A DNA stretch of 42,233 nt from a virus (Duplodnaviria > Caudoviricetes), in the IMG/VR virus record IMGVR_UViG_3300005613_000136, positions 1-42,233 of that record; one strand, written 5' to 3'. The notes beneath the pieces are model-generated. The model had not been told where the DNA came from and did not search any database. It saw nothing but the letters and a program-made list of their open reading frames with translations. The first letter of the stretch is position 1. Each line of letters begins with the position of its first letter. Shown here one piece after another: positions 7,314-18,090 of the stretch. The position numbers and the translations under genes were made by a program.

Positions 7314-7747
7314 TGCCTATGTTCAAGCGAATACTACGTCCCTTCATAGATGAGATTAAGGAGCATGTTTCACATGAAACCCAGAAGCATGCTCCTACTC
7401 AAAGAGATTTTATAGACGATGACTATGCGAGTTTGGTCAAAGAAGCATTGATGATTACTGATTTGAATCAGAAAGATGTTGACCAGATGGATGTGCGCGA
7501 TAGAGATGAGATGGTTAAAAGCGCCAATACAATCAACAGAGAGCCAGCACTGAGGTATGTCTTAGATGCTTTGAAAGCAGAACAGATGAGGGAGATGACT
7601 ACAAAAGGACACCACAGGGATCACTATATTGCTGGAAGAGCTGTGATTATGGCGTATGAGAACGTACTTATGGCTATTGAAAGATTATCAATGAAATTTG
7701 AAGAATCTAATTACGTCGATCCTGTCGACATTAATGACTCGATTTAG
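7313..7747 (+). CDS. Hypothetical head-module protein
   Basis: TAATG overlap with the portal gene. Confidence 0.8.
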   Translation: MPMFKRILRPFIDEIKEHVSHETQKHAPTQRDFIDDDYASLVKEALMITDLNQKDVDQMDVRDRDEMVKSANTINREPALRYVLDALKAEQMREMTTKGHHRDHYIAGRAVIMAYENVLMAIERLSMKFEESNYVDPVDINDSI

Positions 7748-7750
7748 TCT

Positions 7751-8398
7751 ATGTCTGAAAAAGAAACAGACCCTTCCGTGAATGAGGAAAGCACTTCCTC
7801 ACAAGAGGAAGAAGAGGGTTCATCACCCGACAATCCAGCTATTTCTTCTGAGGAGTTCGAGAAGATCAAAGCTGAGAAGGCTGATTTAGCTGAACGGCTA
7901 GCCAAGCTAGAGCAGAAAGACCACAACTTTGAAGCTTTGCGTAAGAAACGCCTAGCTGATATTGAGTTAACAAAGGAAGAGAAGGAAGCTCTTTTAGAGG
8001 ATGAGATGAAGAAGATCAATGAGCGCCAAGAGGAATTCATGAAGAACCAGTATGAGAGCAAAGTCACAAGTCTTGTTCGTCAGTTCGGAATGAATAGCGA
8101 TGAAGAGGGTCGCAAGAAGCTGCGTCTCCAGTTCGATCGCCTCAGTGCGGCAGATCAGCCAAAGAGCGACGATGATCTATTCGCTACAATGCGAGATGCT
8201 GCTCGTTTATCTGATATCGACTCCAAGCCAACACTTGATCCAGTATCAAATGCAGCCTCTTTTTATGGGTCCATGCCACCAAAGCGAAACAAGAAAACTG
8301 ATTACACGTCTACCGAAGATGGGAAGAAGTTGGCAGATAAGATCGGTCTTGATTTAGAGGCTTATAATAAGGCTAAAAAAGAAGGTAAGATCAAATAA
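7751..8398 (+). CDS. Probable capsid scaffolding protein
   Basis: Acidic N-terminus, long coiled coil, C-terminal ..ADKIGLDLEAY.. helix; between portal and capsid genes. Confidence 0.6.
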   Translation: MSEKETDPSVNEESTSSQEEEEGSSPDNPAISSEEFEKIKAEKADLAERLAKLEQKDHNFEALRKKRLADIELTKEEKEALLEDEMKKINERQEEFMKNQYESKVTSLVRQFGMNSDEEGRKKLRLQFDRLSAADQPKSDDDLFATMRDAARLSDIDSKPTLDPVSNAASFYGSMPPKRNKKTDYTSTEDGKKLADKIGLDLEAYNKAKKEGKIK

Positions 8399-8400
8399 AT

Positions 8401-9000
8401 ATGGCTGACAAAAAGACACCAAAAGAGGCTGAGGTACCAAAGGAAGCTGAGGCACCAGAGGCAGTTTCTCAGGAAGCAAGTGAAGAGGTGGTACTCAAGA
8501 AAGATGAGTTCCACTACTTGGTAGATACCGTTAAGGGATTGCAATCAAAGGTTAGCGACTTGCAGCGCGAGAAGAATGGGATCATGGATCTGGAGTACAT
8601 CAAGGAGCACTTCGCTCACATTCGTTTGTATGAAGGTGGTATCGTGCGAGAAGTAGGAAAGTCTTGGAATGATGTGGACCCACGCAACGGAAATCAGCAA
8701 ATTCCTTGGATCTCCTTCAAGGCTGATAATCAGGAAGAGGATGTGAAGATGCCACTCATTGATTTCACTTCAGAGCTAGAAAAGGTACGAGTGAAGATTC
8801 TTGATCGTATTGTTTTAGACGAAGGCGTACATGTGGTTGATTACGTTCCAGTAATCACATATGACTACTCGAACTATAAGGCCCTTAATACCGGTCAGCG
8901 TGTTGCTCAGAAGGTCACAACACCCGTATACGCACTTAAACTAGAGCTTCCAGATGGAAGTGTGGAAACACTCCCTGAGAACGCTGTAACAGGTCAATAG
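8401..9000 (+). CDS. Hypothetical protein
   Basis: Tightly packed ORF with TATG start. Confidence 0.8.
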   Translation: MADKKTPKEAEVPKEAEAPEAVSQEASEEVVLKKDEFHYLVDTVKGLQSKVSDLQREKNGIMDLEYIKEHFAHIRLYEGGIVREVGKSWNDVDPRNGNQQIPWISFKADNQEEDVKMPLIDFTSELEKVRVKILDRIVLDEGVHVVDYVPVITYDYSNYKALNTGQRVAQKVTTPVYALKLELPDGSVETLPENAVTGQ

Positions 9001-9001
9001 T

Positions 9002-9427
9002 ATGAAGAAACCAAATCTCAAAAGCCTAGTGAAAGAGGCTAAGAAGAAGGAGGAGAACCTATCAAAGCTGCGTAATGAGCGATGTGTGCCTATGGCCGTC
9101 GAGCTCATGAAGGCTATGGCATCCCACGATGGTCATAAGTTGGGAGACGTAACTCATGAAGAGCTCATGAGTGCGTATGAACCAGTTGTTATCAAGCTCT
9201 TCGAGAAGTACATGGAGGCAAATATCACTGTAGGTGATGCACAGGTAATCAACGCGTTTGCCATGCAAGCATTTGAATCTGTTAACACCATGATGGTAGA
9301 GACACTCAACTCACACTTGCGTAATGTTCAGAAGAAGAAATTCGGTAGTCAGTTGAATGAACTTACGTTTAAGCAGCTTGACGAGCTTCTTAAATCTGAT
9401 ACAGTAAAAGAGGAAAGTAGTAAGTAA
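9002..9427 (+). CDS. Hypothetical protein
   Basis: TAGtATG coupling. Confidence 0.8.
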   Translation: MKKPNLKSLVKEAKKKEENLSKLRNERCVPMAVELMKAMASHDGHKLGDVTHEELMSAYEPVVIKLFEKYMEANITVGDAQVINAFAMQAFESVNTMMVETLNSHLRNVQKKKFGSQLNELTFKQLDELLKSDTVKEESSK

Positions 9428-9440
9428 TTTTCGGGTAAGA

Positions 9441-9599
9441 GCGAATGAGAGGGACTAATGTCTGTTAGTCTCTCCACTTTCGCCCCTACTGCGTTATGTA
9501 GGACAATCACGCTTCTGATCGTGGAGGACGTGTATATAACTGAAATCAGGAGCTGATCCTGTAAAGCAGCCTCGCAGTTTTTCTGTCGAGTCGTTTTTT
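9441..9599 (+). ncRNA. Structured leader of the capsid operon
   Basis: Consecutive hairpins (9449-9474, 9485-9502, 9508-9523, 9547-9561, 9571-9590) then a T-run; candidate promoter TTGACG-N16-TACAGT at 9378-9405. Confidence 0.45.
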
Positions 9600-9620
9600 A
9601 TTTATCTAAAGAAATCCATT

Positions 9621-10049
9621 ATGGCTTTCGAACAACACAGTGGAAAAGCTCGTACTGAGTGGTACCCAAAGAAGGCTTCAACAGTTTTCGCAAAGGGAGA
9701 TCTCGTGTACGCAGATGGTTCTGGTGCTATTCAGCCAGCAGACGCAACTTCAGGGATGCACATCGGCGTTATCCAGAAGGCAGTTGCGGCTACTGATGAC
9801 GACTACGCTTCAACCACACTTGTACCTGTTCTCGTGCCTACCGACGACACCGAATGGCTCGTAGATGTTGGTACAGGAACAGCAACCGCAGCATTGATTG
9901 GAACTCAGTTCGATCTTACGGATGCTGCTGGAGTAGACGTTTCTGCAACATCTAAGAACGTCGTTACATGCACACGTTTCATTTCAGCCTCAAAGGTTGT
10001 AGTGAAGGTGAACGCAATGATTGCAAACCGTGATGTTGCAACATCTTAA
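9621..10049 (+). CDS. Capsid decoration/cement protein
   Basis: 142 aa, Ala/Thr/Gly-rich, KGDLV...A...IGV pattern, directly upstream of the MCP. Confidence 0.7.
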   Translation: MAFEQHSGKARTEWYPKKASTVFAKGDLVYADGSGAIQPADATSGMHIGVIQKAVAATDDDYASTTLVPVLVPTDDTEWLVDVGTGTATAALIGTQFDLTDAAGVDVSATSKNVVTCTRFISASKVVVKVNAMIANRDVATS

Positions 10050-10068
10050 TCTTAATTCTACTTAACAT

Positions 10069-11103
10069 ATGGCAGGTCCAGGAAGTTCAACGACTCTCTT
10101 GAACATCGTTACACTTAGCGAGTTCACAGACCTCGTTGAAAAGAAATTCACCCTCGACAACGCAATGATGCCTGAGAATGCAGCTCAACTGTTTATCTCA
10201 GAAAACCTTGCTGCGCATACAGGGAACACTCGACGCTACGACGAAGTAGATGTTGAGACATATGCTGCTGTCAAAGCAGAGGGAGTTGATGCAACAAAGG
10301 CATCAGCAGGTGTTGGTTACAACATCACCATGACAGCAAAGCGTGTTGCCCGAGAAATTGATATTACTTGGGAAATGCGTCGTTACAACAAGGCACCACA
10401 AGTGATGTCACAGCTCACAAGCCTTTCTCACTTTGGTCCTCAGCGCTCTGATCTTGATCTTACTCACCGACTCTCATTTGCATCATCTACTTCTTACACA
10501 GACTTGGATGGTCTTACTGTAGACGTATCTGTGGGTGATTCACTTGCGCTTTTGAGCACAACTCACGCTCTTGCATTCTCAGCTTCAACATACTCAAACC
10601 GAGTATCTGGAGATCCAGTATTCTCTCAGGGTGCTCTTGAGAACGCAGAAATCCTCGCTAACACCAACGTGCTTTCAAACTTTGGTGAGAAGCGAATGAT
10701 GAACTTCAACACAATTGTTACTTCAGATGATCCTAATACTGTTCGTGCAGTACGACAGGTTCTCGAAAGTACCGCTGACGTTGATGCTTCACACGAAGGT
10801 GTTGTGAACGTATTCCGAGGACGCTACCGACACGTAGTGCTTCCTAACTTGGCAACTACTGCTGCCGGGGCATACGACTCAACAAAACGCCGATGGTGGT
10901 TCATTGCCTCAATTGGAATGGGTCCATCTATGAGCTGGCAGGCTTACTACGGAATCTTCGAGGCAAACAACTTGAAGACACCAGCTCCAGGAAACAACGG
11001 AGAAGACGTACACAACGACAACTGGACATATGGGTCACGAATGTCCTACGGAATCGCTATCCTTTCTGGACGCGGAATTGTCGGATCTCTCCCAACATCT
11101 TAA
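10069..11103 (+). CDS. Major capsid protein (HK97 fold)
   Basis: 344 aa; AAVKAEG E-loop pattern; W(F)I followed by a C-terminal YGSRMSYG...RGIVGS motif typical of MCPs; position. Confidence 0.85.
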   Translation: MAGPGSSTTLLNIVTLSEFTDLVEKKFTLDNAMMPENAAQLFISENLAAHTGNTRRYDEVDVETYAAVKAEGVDATKASAGVGYNITMTAKRVAREIDITWEMRRYNKAPQVMSQLTSLSHFGPQRSDLDLTHRLSFASSTSYTDLDGLTVDVSVGDSLALLSTTHALAFSASTYSNRVSGDPVFSQGALENAEILANTNVLSNFGEKRMMNFNTIVTSDDPNTVRAVRQVLESTADVDASHEGVVNVFRGRYRHVVLPNLATTAAGAYDSTKRRWWFIASIGMGPSMSWQAYYGIFEANNLKTPAPGNNGEDVHNDNWTYGSRMSYGIAILSGRGIVGSLPTS

Positions 11104-11187
11104 TTCCTTCCTTAGCACTATGAGGATTGGTCTATAGGAGACTGATCTCTAGGACGGCGGTGGGTGCAATAGGAATAGAAAAGAATT

Positions 11188-12120
11188 ATGAACTATAACT
11201 TAAACTCAGGGTGGGGAAAGGTGCAGGCTAACGGTTTGCCATTCCTCGGATCTGGTCAGCACTTCTTTGTAGGTGCTACTACAGCCGCTAACCGCGACAT
11301 GGTTCTCGAACTCTTCGGATACCACGCAGATCCAGATGGTGACTTACGCTTTTTCGACACCATTGAAGAAGCAATTGGTGCGTGTACTGCAAACGCAGGA
11401 GACATGATCTATGTTTTGCCTGGCTACACACAGACAATCTCTGCCGCAAGCGGTATTGACATTGATGTCGCTGGAGTGTCCCTTATCGGGCTTGGTCTCG
11501 GTGGTGATCGACCAGTAATCACATTCGATACTGCAACAACTGCTGACCTAGATATTGGAGCAAGCGGCATTTACATCAAAAACTTTGAGTTTGTTAACGA
11601 CATTGATGCGCTCGCAGAGCCTATTGATATCGAAGCAAACGTAGAAGATGTCACATTTGATGAGTGTTTGTTCTTGGACGACACGGCTTCTAAGCAGACC
11701 GTACGATGGTTCCAGACAGCAGACACAAACAGTGGAATCAAGTTCCTTAACTGTAAGCACTATGGTTCTGATACCGCAGGTGCAACTGCATGGGGAACAT
11801 TCATCGGTGGACTGGAGCACGTCGTTGACGGACTCGTCTCACACGGAGATATGTCCGCAGCGAACATCGAGATTAAGACAACTCTTACAGCAGAACTCAT
11901 TGTTAAGAACTGTCTTCTTGAGAACGCAAACGCAGTTGACGTGAACATTGAAGGAAACAGTCTTTCAAACACGGGTTGGCTTGCTAACAACTACTGCCGA
12001 ATTGCAACAGACGGTCAGACCACTTGGATCAACAACATTGGAAACGCCTCTCTCTTTGAGAACTACGGTGTGAACAACAACGGTGAAACAGGTGTTCTAA
12101 TCGGAACTGCATCATCATAA
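11188..12120 (+). CDS. Right-handed beta-helix (pectin-lyase-like) virion protein
   Basis: FDTIEEAIGAC..GDMIYVLPG motif followed by Asn/Gly-rich strands. Confidence 0.7.
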   Translation: MNYNLNSGWGKVQANGLPFLGSGQHFFVGATTAANRDMVLELFGYHADPDGDLRFFDTIEEAIGACTANAGDMIYVLPGYTQTISAASGIDIDVAGVSLIGLGLGGDRPVITFDTATTADLDIGASGIYIKNFEFVNDIDALAEPIDIEANVEDVTFDECLFLDDTASKQTVRWFQTADTNSGIKFLNCKHYGSDTAGATAWGTFIGGLEHVVDGLVSHGDMSAANIEIKTTLTAELIVKNCLLENANAVDVNIEGNSLSNTGWLANNYCRIATDGQTTWINNIGNASLFENYGVNNNGETGVLIGTASS

Positions 12121-12124
12121 ACAT

Positions 12125-12403
12125 ATGAAAGTAGCGGAACTTAAAGCAGCTCTTGATGAGCTGGGAGTAGAGTATGACGCTTCTGCAAAGAAGCCTGAAC
12201 TCGAAGAACTCCTTGCTTCCGCGCAAGAGCTTCCGGCTGAAGAACCAGCCGAAGAAGCAGAAACACTTGAAGAAGTTTCTGCTGAGGAACCAGAGGTCTT
12301 TGATGGCCGAAAGGTTCTATCCAAACAGGAAGTTGAACTAGGAGGAAGTAAATTCCTTGAGTACAAATTCTTGGACGGTTCAAGCACACGCGTCCCTCGT
12401 TAA
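12125..12403 (+). CDS. HeH/LEM (SAP-like) domain protein
   Basis: MKVAELKAALDELGVEYDASAKKPELEELL. Confidence 0.75.
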   Translation: MKVAELKAALDELGVEYDASAKKPELEELLASAQELPAEEPAEEAETLEEVSAEEPEVFDGRKVLSKQEVELGGSKFLEYKFLDGSSTRVPR

Positions 12404-12412
12404 ACGCCATGC

Positions 12413-12459
12413 TTCTCCGTCTCCTCACTCCCTTTATGGGGAGTGGGATAGACGGGGAA
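12413..12459 (+). other. Long intergenic hairpin (terminator or processing site)
   Basis: TTCTCCGTCT/AGACGGGGAA outer stem and CTCACTCCCT/GGGGAGTGGG inner stem. Confidence 0.6.
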
Positions 12460-12487
12460 CAAGAGATATATCTTTACCTTGTAACCT

Positions 12488-13885
12488 ATGAACTACCCAA
12501 CAGATGAATTCGGTAACCCAATCAACCCGGTCAATCCTCTTCCGGTTGATGATGTTTCCGTGGCTCGGGATTATATTCCAGTATCAGAGACCATTACCTT
12601 TATTACTGGAGCCGCCGGTACTGGTGGTTCTGTTCGATTAGACAAAGGACCAGTCGCAGGTTTCTACGGAGACCGGGTTGGAAGCTTTTGGTCTGACCTA
12701 TCAAACCTCATCATCCAAAATGGAGCACGTCCAGGAAATGATGAATCCAAAGTAACCGCTGTTACAGAGACAGCAGGATCAGCAGATGTCACGATTTACG
12801 ATCCAAGTTATAACCTAAGTGAACTACTTCCGCCTACAGCAAATGACGGTGAATATGTCATCGTTCTTACTGATGAATCAGGAAACACCTTGTATGGTTG
12901 GGTTGACGCAGTAGCAGCAAATGGATCAGATAGCTACACCCTAGACATTTATAGTGAACCAGCAATTGCAAACCAAGATTGGGTCGGATCATTGGCTAAT
13001 TTTACGTTTGCAGCAGGATCAACTAGGTACGCAATTTTCCGAAACAACTCATCGTTCGCTTGGACGACTGGAACAATTCTCACAAGAGAAGTTGCCTACA
13101 AATCACAGATCAGTGATCTTGCACAGATCTCCGACTTTGAAAACGGAAACTATGCAGTCGATTACTACCGTGGACGTATTCTCTATAAGAAAGCAACAAC
13201 AGGAACTTCTGATGTAGCGACTTACGGCATTCAAGGAAATACGGTTGTCGCACTAAGTTCATCAGGTGGTAGCTCAGAGAACACCCACGATACACCCGTA
13301 GTAGCTACCGGTACACAGACTCTCTACGAAGCAAAGACCTTCGATGGATCTGCTCTGCCAAACAGTGTTGCAGAAGGAGATGCAGTGCGACCTGCTGCTA
13401 CTGAATACGGAGTGACTTATGTAACGGTTGTGAATGATGACGGATCAGAACAACCAGCGTATGACTCAGGGCAAGATGCGTTCCGACAAGGAGAAATCAA
13501 CCCACTCTCTGACCACTATGCTGCAACAAGCCTTGTAGATACTACAAACGTATCTGCAACTACGCATTACTATCCCTCAAGTACTGGTGGTGTAATGGAC
13601 GGATACAGCGACCTTTCCGTATCAGGAAAGTTCATTGATGCTGACGGAACAATGACAATGACTGTCGAGATGATGAATGATGAAGACTCCTCAAGTGGAG
13701 ACTGGATTCAGGTATACGGATACGATGACAAGAACAACACCACAACGAACAGTTGGTCTGTTACAAATGGAACGCTTACATTTGCAATCTCATTCAAGGA
13801 TGCTAACTACAAACGCTATCGAGTAGCTTTGGTTGCATCAGGTGCAACTAACACGGCCATCATTAAGCAACGTAAGAAGTACTAG
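12488..13885 (+). CDS. Putative virion structural protein
   Basis: 465 aa, acidic, Thr/Ser/Gly-rich beta-type composition. Confidence 0.7.
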   Translation: MNYPTDEFGNPINPVNPLPVDDVSVARDYIPVSETITFITGAAGTGGSVRLDKGPVAGFYGDRVGSFWSDLSNLIIQNGARPGNDESKVTAVTETAGSADVTIYDPSYNLSELLPPTANDGEYVIVLTDESGNTLYGWVDAVAANGSDSYTLDIYSEPAIANQDWVGSLANFTFAAGSTRYAIFRNNSSFAWTTGTILTREVAYKSQISDLAQISDFENGNYAVDYYRGRILYKKATTGTSDVATYGIQGNTVVALSSSGGSSENTHDTPVVATGTQTLYEAKTFDGSALPNSVAEGDAVRPAATEYGVTYVTVVNDDGSEQPAYDSGQDAFRQGEINPLSDHYAATSLVDTTNVSATTHYYPSSTGGVMDGYSDLSVSGKFIDADGTMTMTVEMMNDEDSSSGDWIQVYGYDDKNNTTTNSWSVTNGTLTFAISFKDANYKRYRVALVASGATNTAIIKQRKKY

Positions 13886-13886
13886 T

Positions 13887-14444
13887 ATGGATAATAAGTA
13901 CTCTGTAAGAGAGGTATTTCCTACATCGTTTGATGACGGAACTATTGCAGATGTCATGATTAATGGTGGTGGATTCCATGCAGATAAAACGATTACGCTG
14001 TCTGCGAACAACACCACAGCGCAGGAGAACATCTTTCAGATCACCGGATCTGTGCAGATTCTTGCGCTCAAAGGAGTTATCACTGATGCTTCGACACTCG
14101 TAAACTGTACAGCGATCTCATTGCAAGTTCATGACGGAACAACACAAGATCAGGTTACCGCTGTAGGTGGTTCTGCAATTAGTGGCTTTAATGTAGGAGG
14201 TCTTCTTCTAAAAGATAAAGCATTAGCAAATGCTATTACTGTAGCTAACAACGACCAAGGACGTATCGTTGAGGCTAGTGGTGCGCCTGCATACTTCCAG
14301 TTTACAGTTGTGCAAAAAACGGCAACCAACACATTCATTCGAATGCAGTACACCACAACTGATGCACCAATTGATGCACAGATTGAATGGCATTGTATCT
14401 GGCGACCGGGACCAGATGACGCAGGAACCTTAGTAGCAGTCTAA
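13887..14444 (+). CDS. Putative virion structural protein
   Basis: Start moved to the TAGtATG at 13887 (MDNKYS...). Confidence 0.7.
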   Translation: MDNKYSVREVFPTSFDDGTIADVMINGGGFHADKTITLSANNTTAQENIFQITGSVQILALKGVITDASTLVNCTAISLQVHDGTTQDQVTAVGGSAISGFNVGGLLLKDKALANAITVANNDQGRIVEASGAPAYFQFTVVQKTATNTFIRMQYTTTDAPIDAQIEWHCIWRPGPDDAGTLVAV

Positions 14445-14455
14445 TAACAATCTCT

Positions 14456-14719
14456 ATGAGCAAAATTATTCCAGAAGGACAAGACCTTCCAGCAAAGTCA
14501 TCTCCGCTGACTGTGGATGACGTTAAGTTCGCAGCAATGGTTGCGCAAGCTAAATCATTACTCACTGCACCAATGGAAGAAGGTGAGCTATTGAGTGCGC
14601 TTGAAGCCCATTACATCGCAGAAAATAACGAACACTATACAAGTGCCCAACTTAAAAAGGTAATTAAGCAGGTAGCTAAAGACCTTAAACCAGAGCCAGT
14701 AGTAGAAGAAGGTCCGTAA
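14456..14719 (+). CDS. Hypothetical protein
   Basis: TATG start, packed in the operon. Confidence 0.75.
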   Translation: MSKIIPEGQDLPAKSSPLTVDDVKFAAMVAQAKSLLTAPMEEGELLSALEAHYIAENNEHYTSAQLKKVIKQVAKDLKPEPVVEEGP

Positions 14720-14728
14720 TTCAAATCT

Positions 14729-16030
14729 ATGACTCGTGATCTAAGAACAAAGGCACAGGAGGTCGATATTCGACAAGTCTTTGTAGAACAACAAAGAACC
14801 GTCGATGACGGATGGGACATCGCTAGTGGATCTTCTGTGTCTAGCGCGGGTTTGAATTTATCAGCAGAAAAGGTCTATGACTTCTCTTGGTTCTGGGAGA
14901 CTGGTGGTTCAATTCGATTTAAGATTACGCCCAACGATACTGATGCAACTATTCGTCGCTTCTACTTCTCAGGTCGTGATACGGACTTCAAGATTCAGCT
15001 TGCTGTTCGCGGCTCTAATGGAAACACTGTCTTCGAACTTCGTAATGGATCAGGAAACAACTACTACACAGCAGGCCAAACTGTAACAGTGGGACAAGAG
15101 AATGATGTTGTATTGGTCTGGGACCCAAGTGTCCCTAGCCTCACCTCTTTTCTAAATGGTGAAAATGAAGTAACGGACACTGTTGCTGGTTCAGCAAACT
15201 TTGGTGCATACGATACGGAATATAAAACTGTGAAGTTTGGCTCTATTGCAGGAGGTACTTCTGTTACAGATCTCAATACAATGGAGGTTACATTCTTCAG
15301 AGAACTTCTGAATGAGGAGGAAGCAGCCGATCTCAACGAAGAGACTACTTACTCTGAATTAGATGCCAAAAGAACCGTAGTTTCTCTGCCGCTCATCACG
15401 AACTACAATGATGGATCTAATGACGTCACTGACAATCTAGGATCAGGTGGGACTTTCACATGGGGGGATGGAAGTACAGCTTCAACACAACCAACACAAC
15501 TTACCCCTCACGGAATGACATGTGATGGAGGTGATTATGTGCAGGCAGTCGATAATACAGTAGCCGACATGACTACAAACGACTTTTCTGTGGTCGTTTG
15601 GTTCAAGACAGATACAGCAGCAGCCATCCAGAGAATCCTATGGAAAGATGATGGTTCATCAGGATATCGTCTGTATCTCGACACAAACCCCAAGCTCGCA
15701 ATTTTCCCACGAGACGGAGCAAACTCTGCGGATATTCGAACCGCGACATTAACACTGGCTGATGGGCAGTGGCATTGTGGTGTTTACGTGCATGATAAAA
15801 CGAACGGTACCGCGTATCTCTATGTAGACGGTGAGCAGGAAGCAAGTGGAGATATCTCTTCTGTAGGAAGTTTGACGAACACAGATAAGTTAACTATCGG
15901 AACAGAGAGTGACGGAACAGATGGTCTTGATGGAGATATTACACGGCCACGAATTTTCCCAACTATTGCCTTAACACCATTGCAAGTTCGCGAGCTCTTT
16001 AATAGAGATAGCCGAACATTTAACGGATAA
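14729..16030 (+). CDS. LamG/concanavalin A-like domain protein
   Basis: FSVVVWFKT...DGQWHCGVYVHD...AYLYVDG...LTIG...DGDI signature; a second degenerate copy lies N-terminal. Confidence 0.85.
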   Translation: MTRDLRTKAQEVDIRQVFVEQQRTVDDGWDIASGSSVSSAGLNLSAEKVYDFSWFWETGGSIRFKITPNDTDATIRRFYFSGRDTDFKIQLAVRGSNGNTVFELRNGSGNNYYTAGQTVTVGQENDVVLVWDPSVPSLTSFLNGENEVTDTVAGSANFGAYDTEYKTVKFGSIAGGTSVTDLNTMEVTFFRELLNEEEAADLNEETTYSELDAKRTVVSLPLITNYNDGSNDVTDNLGSGGTFTWGDGSTASTQPTQLTPHGMTCDGGDYVQAVDNTVADMTTNDFSVVVWFKTDTAAAIQRILWKDDGSSGYRLYLDTNPKLAIFPRDGANSADIRTATLTLADGQWHCGVYVHDKTNGTAYLYVDGEQEASGDISSVGSLTNTDKLTIGTESDGTDGLDGDITRPRIFPTIALTPLQVRELFNRDSRTFNG

Positions 16031-16031
16031 T

Positions 16032-18080
16032 ATGGCACGAATTAAAGAACAATTAGCAGCTAATATCATCGGACACTGGGACTTTCGAACCGGTAGTTTT
16101 AAGGATCAGACTGGTGGAGGGAGTGATGGATCTCCAACAAATGATCCTGTCTGGACACGAAGTAGGAGAGGACGTGCTAGTGCATTCAATGGAATTGACC
16201 AAGTTGTTGATTTAGGCACGAATACATTAGGCCCTCTAGCTGAGGGAGCTTCTGGAATCACAATGGTTGTCACTGCCTGTCCACAAAATGTTGAGGCTGG
16301 ATCAATCCCAATGCTTTTTAGTGAAACGATTGGTGTCGCAAGCAATGGTTTCAATATGCGATTGGATCAGATTGATTCAGATACTTACAATCTTCGTGTA
16401 GGTGGTCGATCACAAGCTGGGGATGCGTATCAATCACATCAATCTACGGCTGTATATAATTACGGAGAAGAACATCACTTCGTAGGAGTTTTGGACTATG
16501 CAAACGATATGGTCCATCTCTATGTAGATGGAGTTCTTGAAGGAAGTACGGCAGCGACTTTCGGATCTACTACATATAATCAAGGATCACCTACACGAAC
16601 TGATGCCATTGGAGGAGCATCATCTAGTGCGAACTTAACAAGTAGTTTGATGAATGAAGTATTGGTATTGGATACTCCAATTAGTGCTGCACAAGCCTCT
16701 CAGCTTTATCAAGAACATCTTGAAGAGCTTGCATTAACTTCTGTGCCACAATCTTCACGCGTTGCTGTTCCAGAACCAGTAAAAACTGACAACATCGCCT
16801 TTCAACTTACCGGTGATACCGTTGATGGTGTATTTAAAAATATCTACGGAATAGAAACTGCGAGCGTCGATGCTGGCGTAGATCTGGTACCGAGCTCTAT
16901 TTACAACACTCTTGTTCCAGAATTCTCTGGCTCTGATAATGAGGACATCAATTTCGGGGATGTGACGTTCATGGATGGTGATACTCAGGCTACTATTCTA
17001 ATGACTCTCGAACCAACTGCATTAGGAACTTTCGATGGTTTCTATACAAAAGGTACAAGTGTTTCATCACGTGTCCGTTTTGGATTAGGTGGAACTGGTG
17101 CGGGAACAGCAAGTGACATCTTGCTGAATATTGCCAATGGTGCAGCTTCAAGTTCGTATACAACAAATGAGCCACTTCAAGCTGGATGCAAAGCACGTCT
17201 TGCCATTGTTTTTAATGGAGGTGGTGCAACAGATGATGACAAACTCAAACTTTATGTTAATGGCACGCTACAAACTTTGACTCATTCAGTAAGTCCAGGA
17301 GCATCTATCCCAAATGTTTCTACAGATTTTCTCATTGGAAATGATAATGGATCTACCGCACGTGTATTCAATGGAATGATCTCAGATGTTCAGTACCACA
17401 GTGGAGAAAATTATACGCAAGCCGATGTCACACGAGACTATAAGAATCTCTTCGGTGCAACGAACCTAAACCTCTTAGGAGAAGATTGGAATATTTCTAC
17501 AACAAATGAAACAGGAGGTTCCCTAAGTAATTCTCCATTCATTGTTGATACAGGTTCATGGAAGATTGAGGACTCAACTACATATCCCGGACAGAAACGT
17601 ATCAATTGTAAATCAACAGGAAACGCATACATTTCAAGCGCTCAGGCCTTTGGTACGTGGGACTTCACTGTCTTTAAAGAGGATGCTAGTGAGACCCAAA
17701 TCGTCTTCATTGCTGATACGATTGGAACAACAGGAGCATCGGGTCAGGATGGATACTTGTTTGAACTTCAAGCTGATGAGGCGATTGAATTCGCGCGTGT
17801 AACCAACGGAAGTACAAGTACACTATTCAGAACAAATGCAGGACACGTAAGTGCGGAGACCTCCTTGAGATTCCGTATCACACGAGATTCCTCTGGAGAA
17901 TTCACACTCTACGAATTCGTCAGTGGCGCTTGGCAACTAATTGCAGATGGGGCAACTGGAAGTAATCCAGTAACAGAAACAACTCACGTCTCTAGCAGCT
18001 ACATGAACCTGGATTTCCCGACTGGCGACGAGATCGAAAACATCAAACTCTGGCCAACTATTCAAGATCCAACTGCCTAA
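16032..18080 (+). CDS. Multi-LamG domain protein
   Basis: GHWDF, HHFVGVLD...HLYVDG and KLYVNG...FNGMISDV motifs. Confidence 0.85.
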   Translation: MARIKEQLAANIIGHWDFRTGSFKDQTGGGSDGSPTNDPVWTRSRRGRASAFNGIDQVVDLGTNTLGPLAEGASGITMVVTACPQNVEAGSIPMLFSETIGVASNGFNMRLDQIDSDTYNLRVGGRSQAGDAYQSHQSTAVYNYGEEHHFVGVLDYANDMVHLYVDGVLEGSTAATFGSTTYNQGSPTRTDAIGGASSSANLTSSLMNEVLVLDTPISAAQASQLYQEHLEELALTSVPQSSRVAVPEPVKTDNIAFQLTGDTVDGVFKNIYGIETASVDAGVDLVPSSIYNTLVPEFSGSDNEDINFGDVTFMDGDTQATILMTLEPTALGTFDGFYTKGTSVSSRVRFGLGGTGAGTASDILLNIANGAASSSYTTNEPLQAGCKARLAIVFNGGGATDDDKLKLYVNGTLQTLTHSVSPGASIPNVSTDFLIGNDNGSTARVFNGMISDVQYHSGENYTQADVTRDYKNLFGATNLNLLGEDWNISTTNETGGSLSNSPFIVDTGSWKIEDSTTYPGQKRINCKSTGNAYISSAQAFGTWDFTVFKEDASETQIVFIADTIGTTGASGQDGYLFELQADEAIEFARVTNGSTSTLFRTNAGHVSAETSLRFRITRDSSGEFTLYEFVSGAWQLIADGATGSNPVTETTHVSSSYMNLDFPTGDEIENIKLWPTIQDPTA

Positions 18081-18090
18081 ATAAATTTAT

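Noticed and set aside
9524-9533. GAGGACGTGT shared with 1682-1691
   Set aside because: A single 10-mer match can arise by chance, and the flanking structure differs.
14729-18080. Diversity-generating retroelement targeting the LamG genes
   Set aside because: No reverse transcriptase and no template/variable repeat pair differing at adenines was seen.
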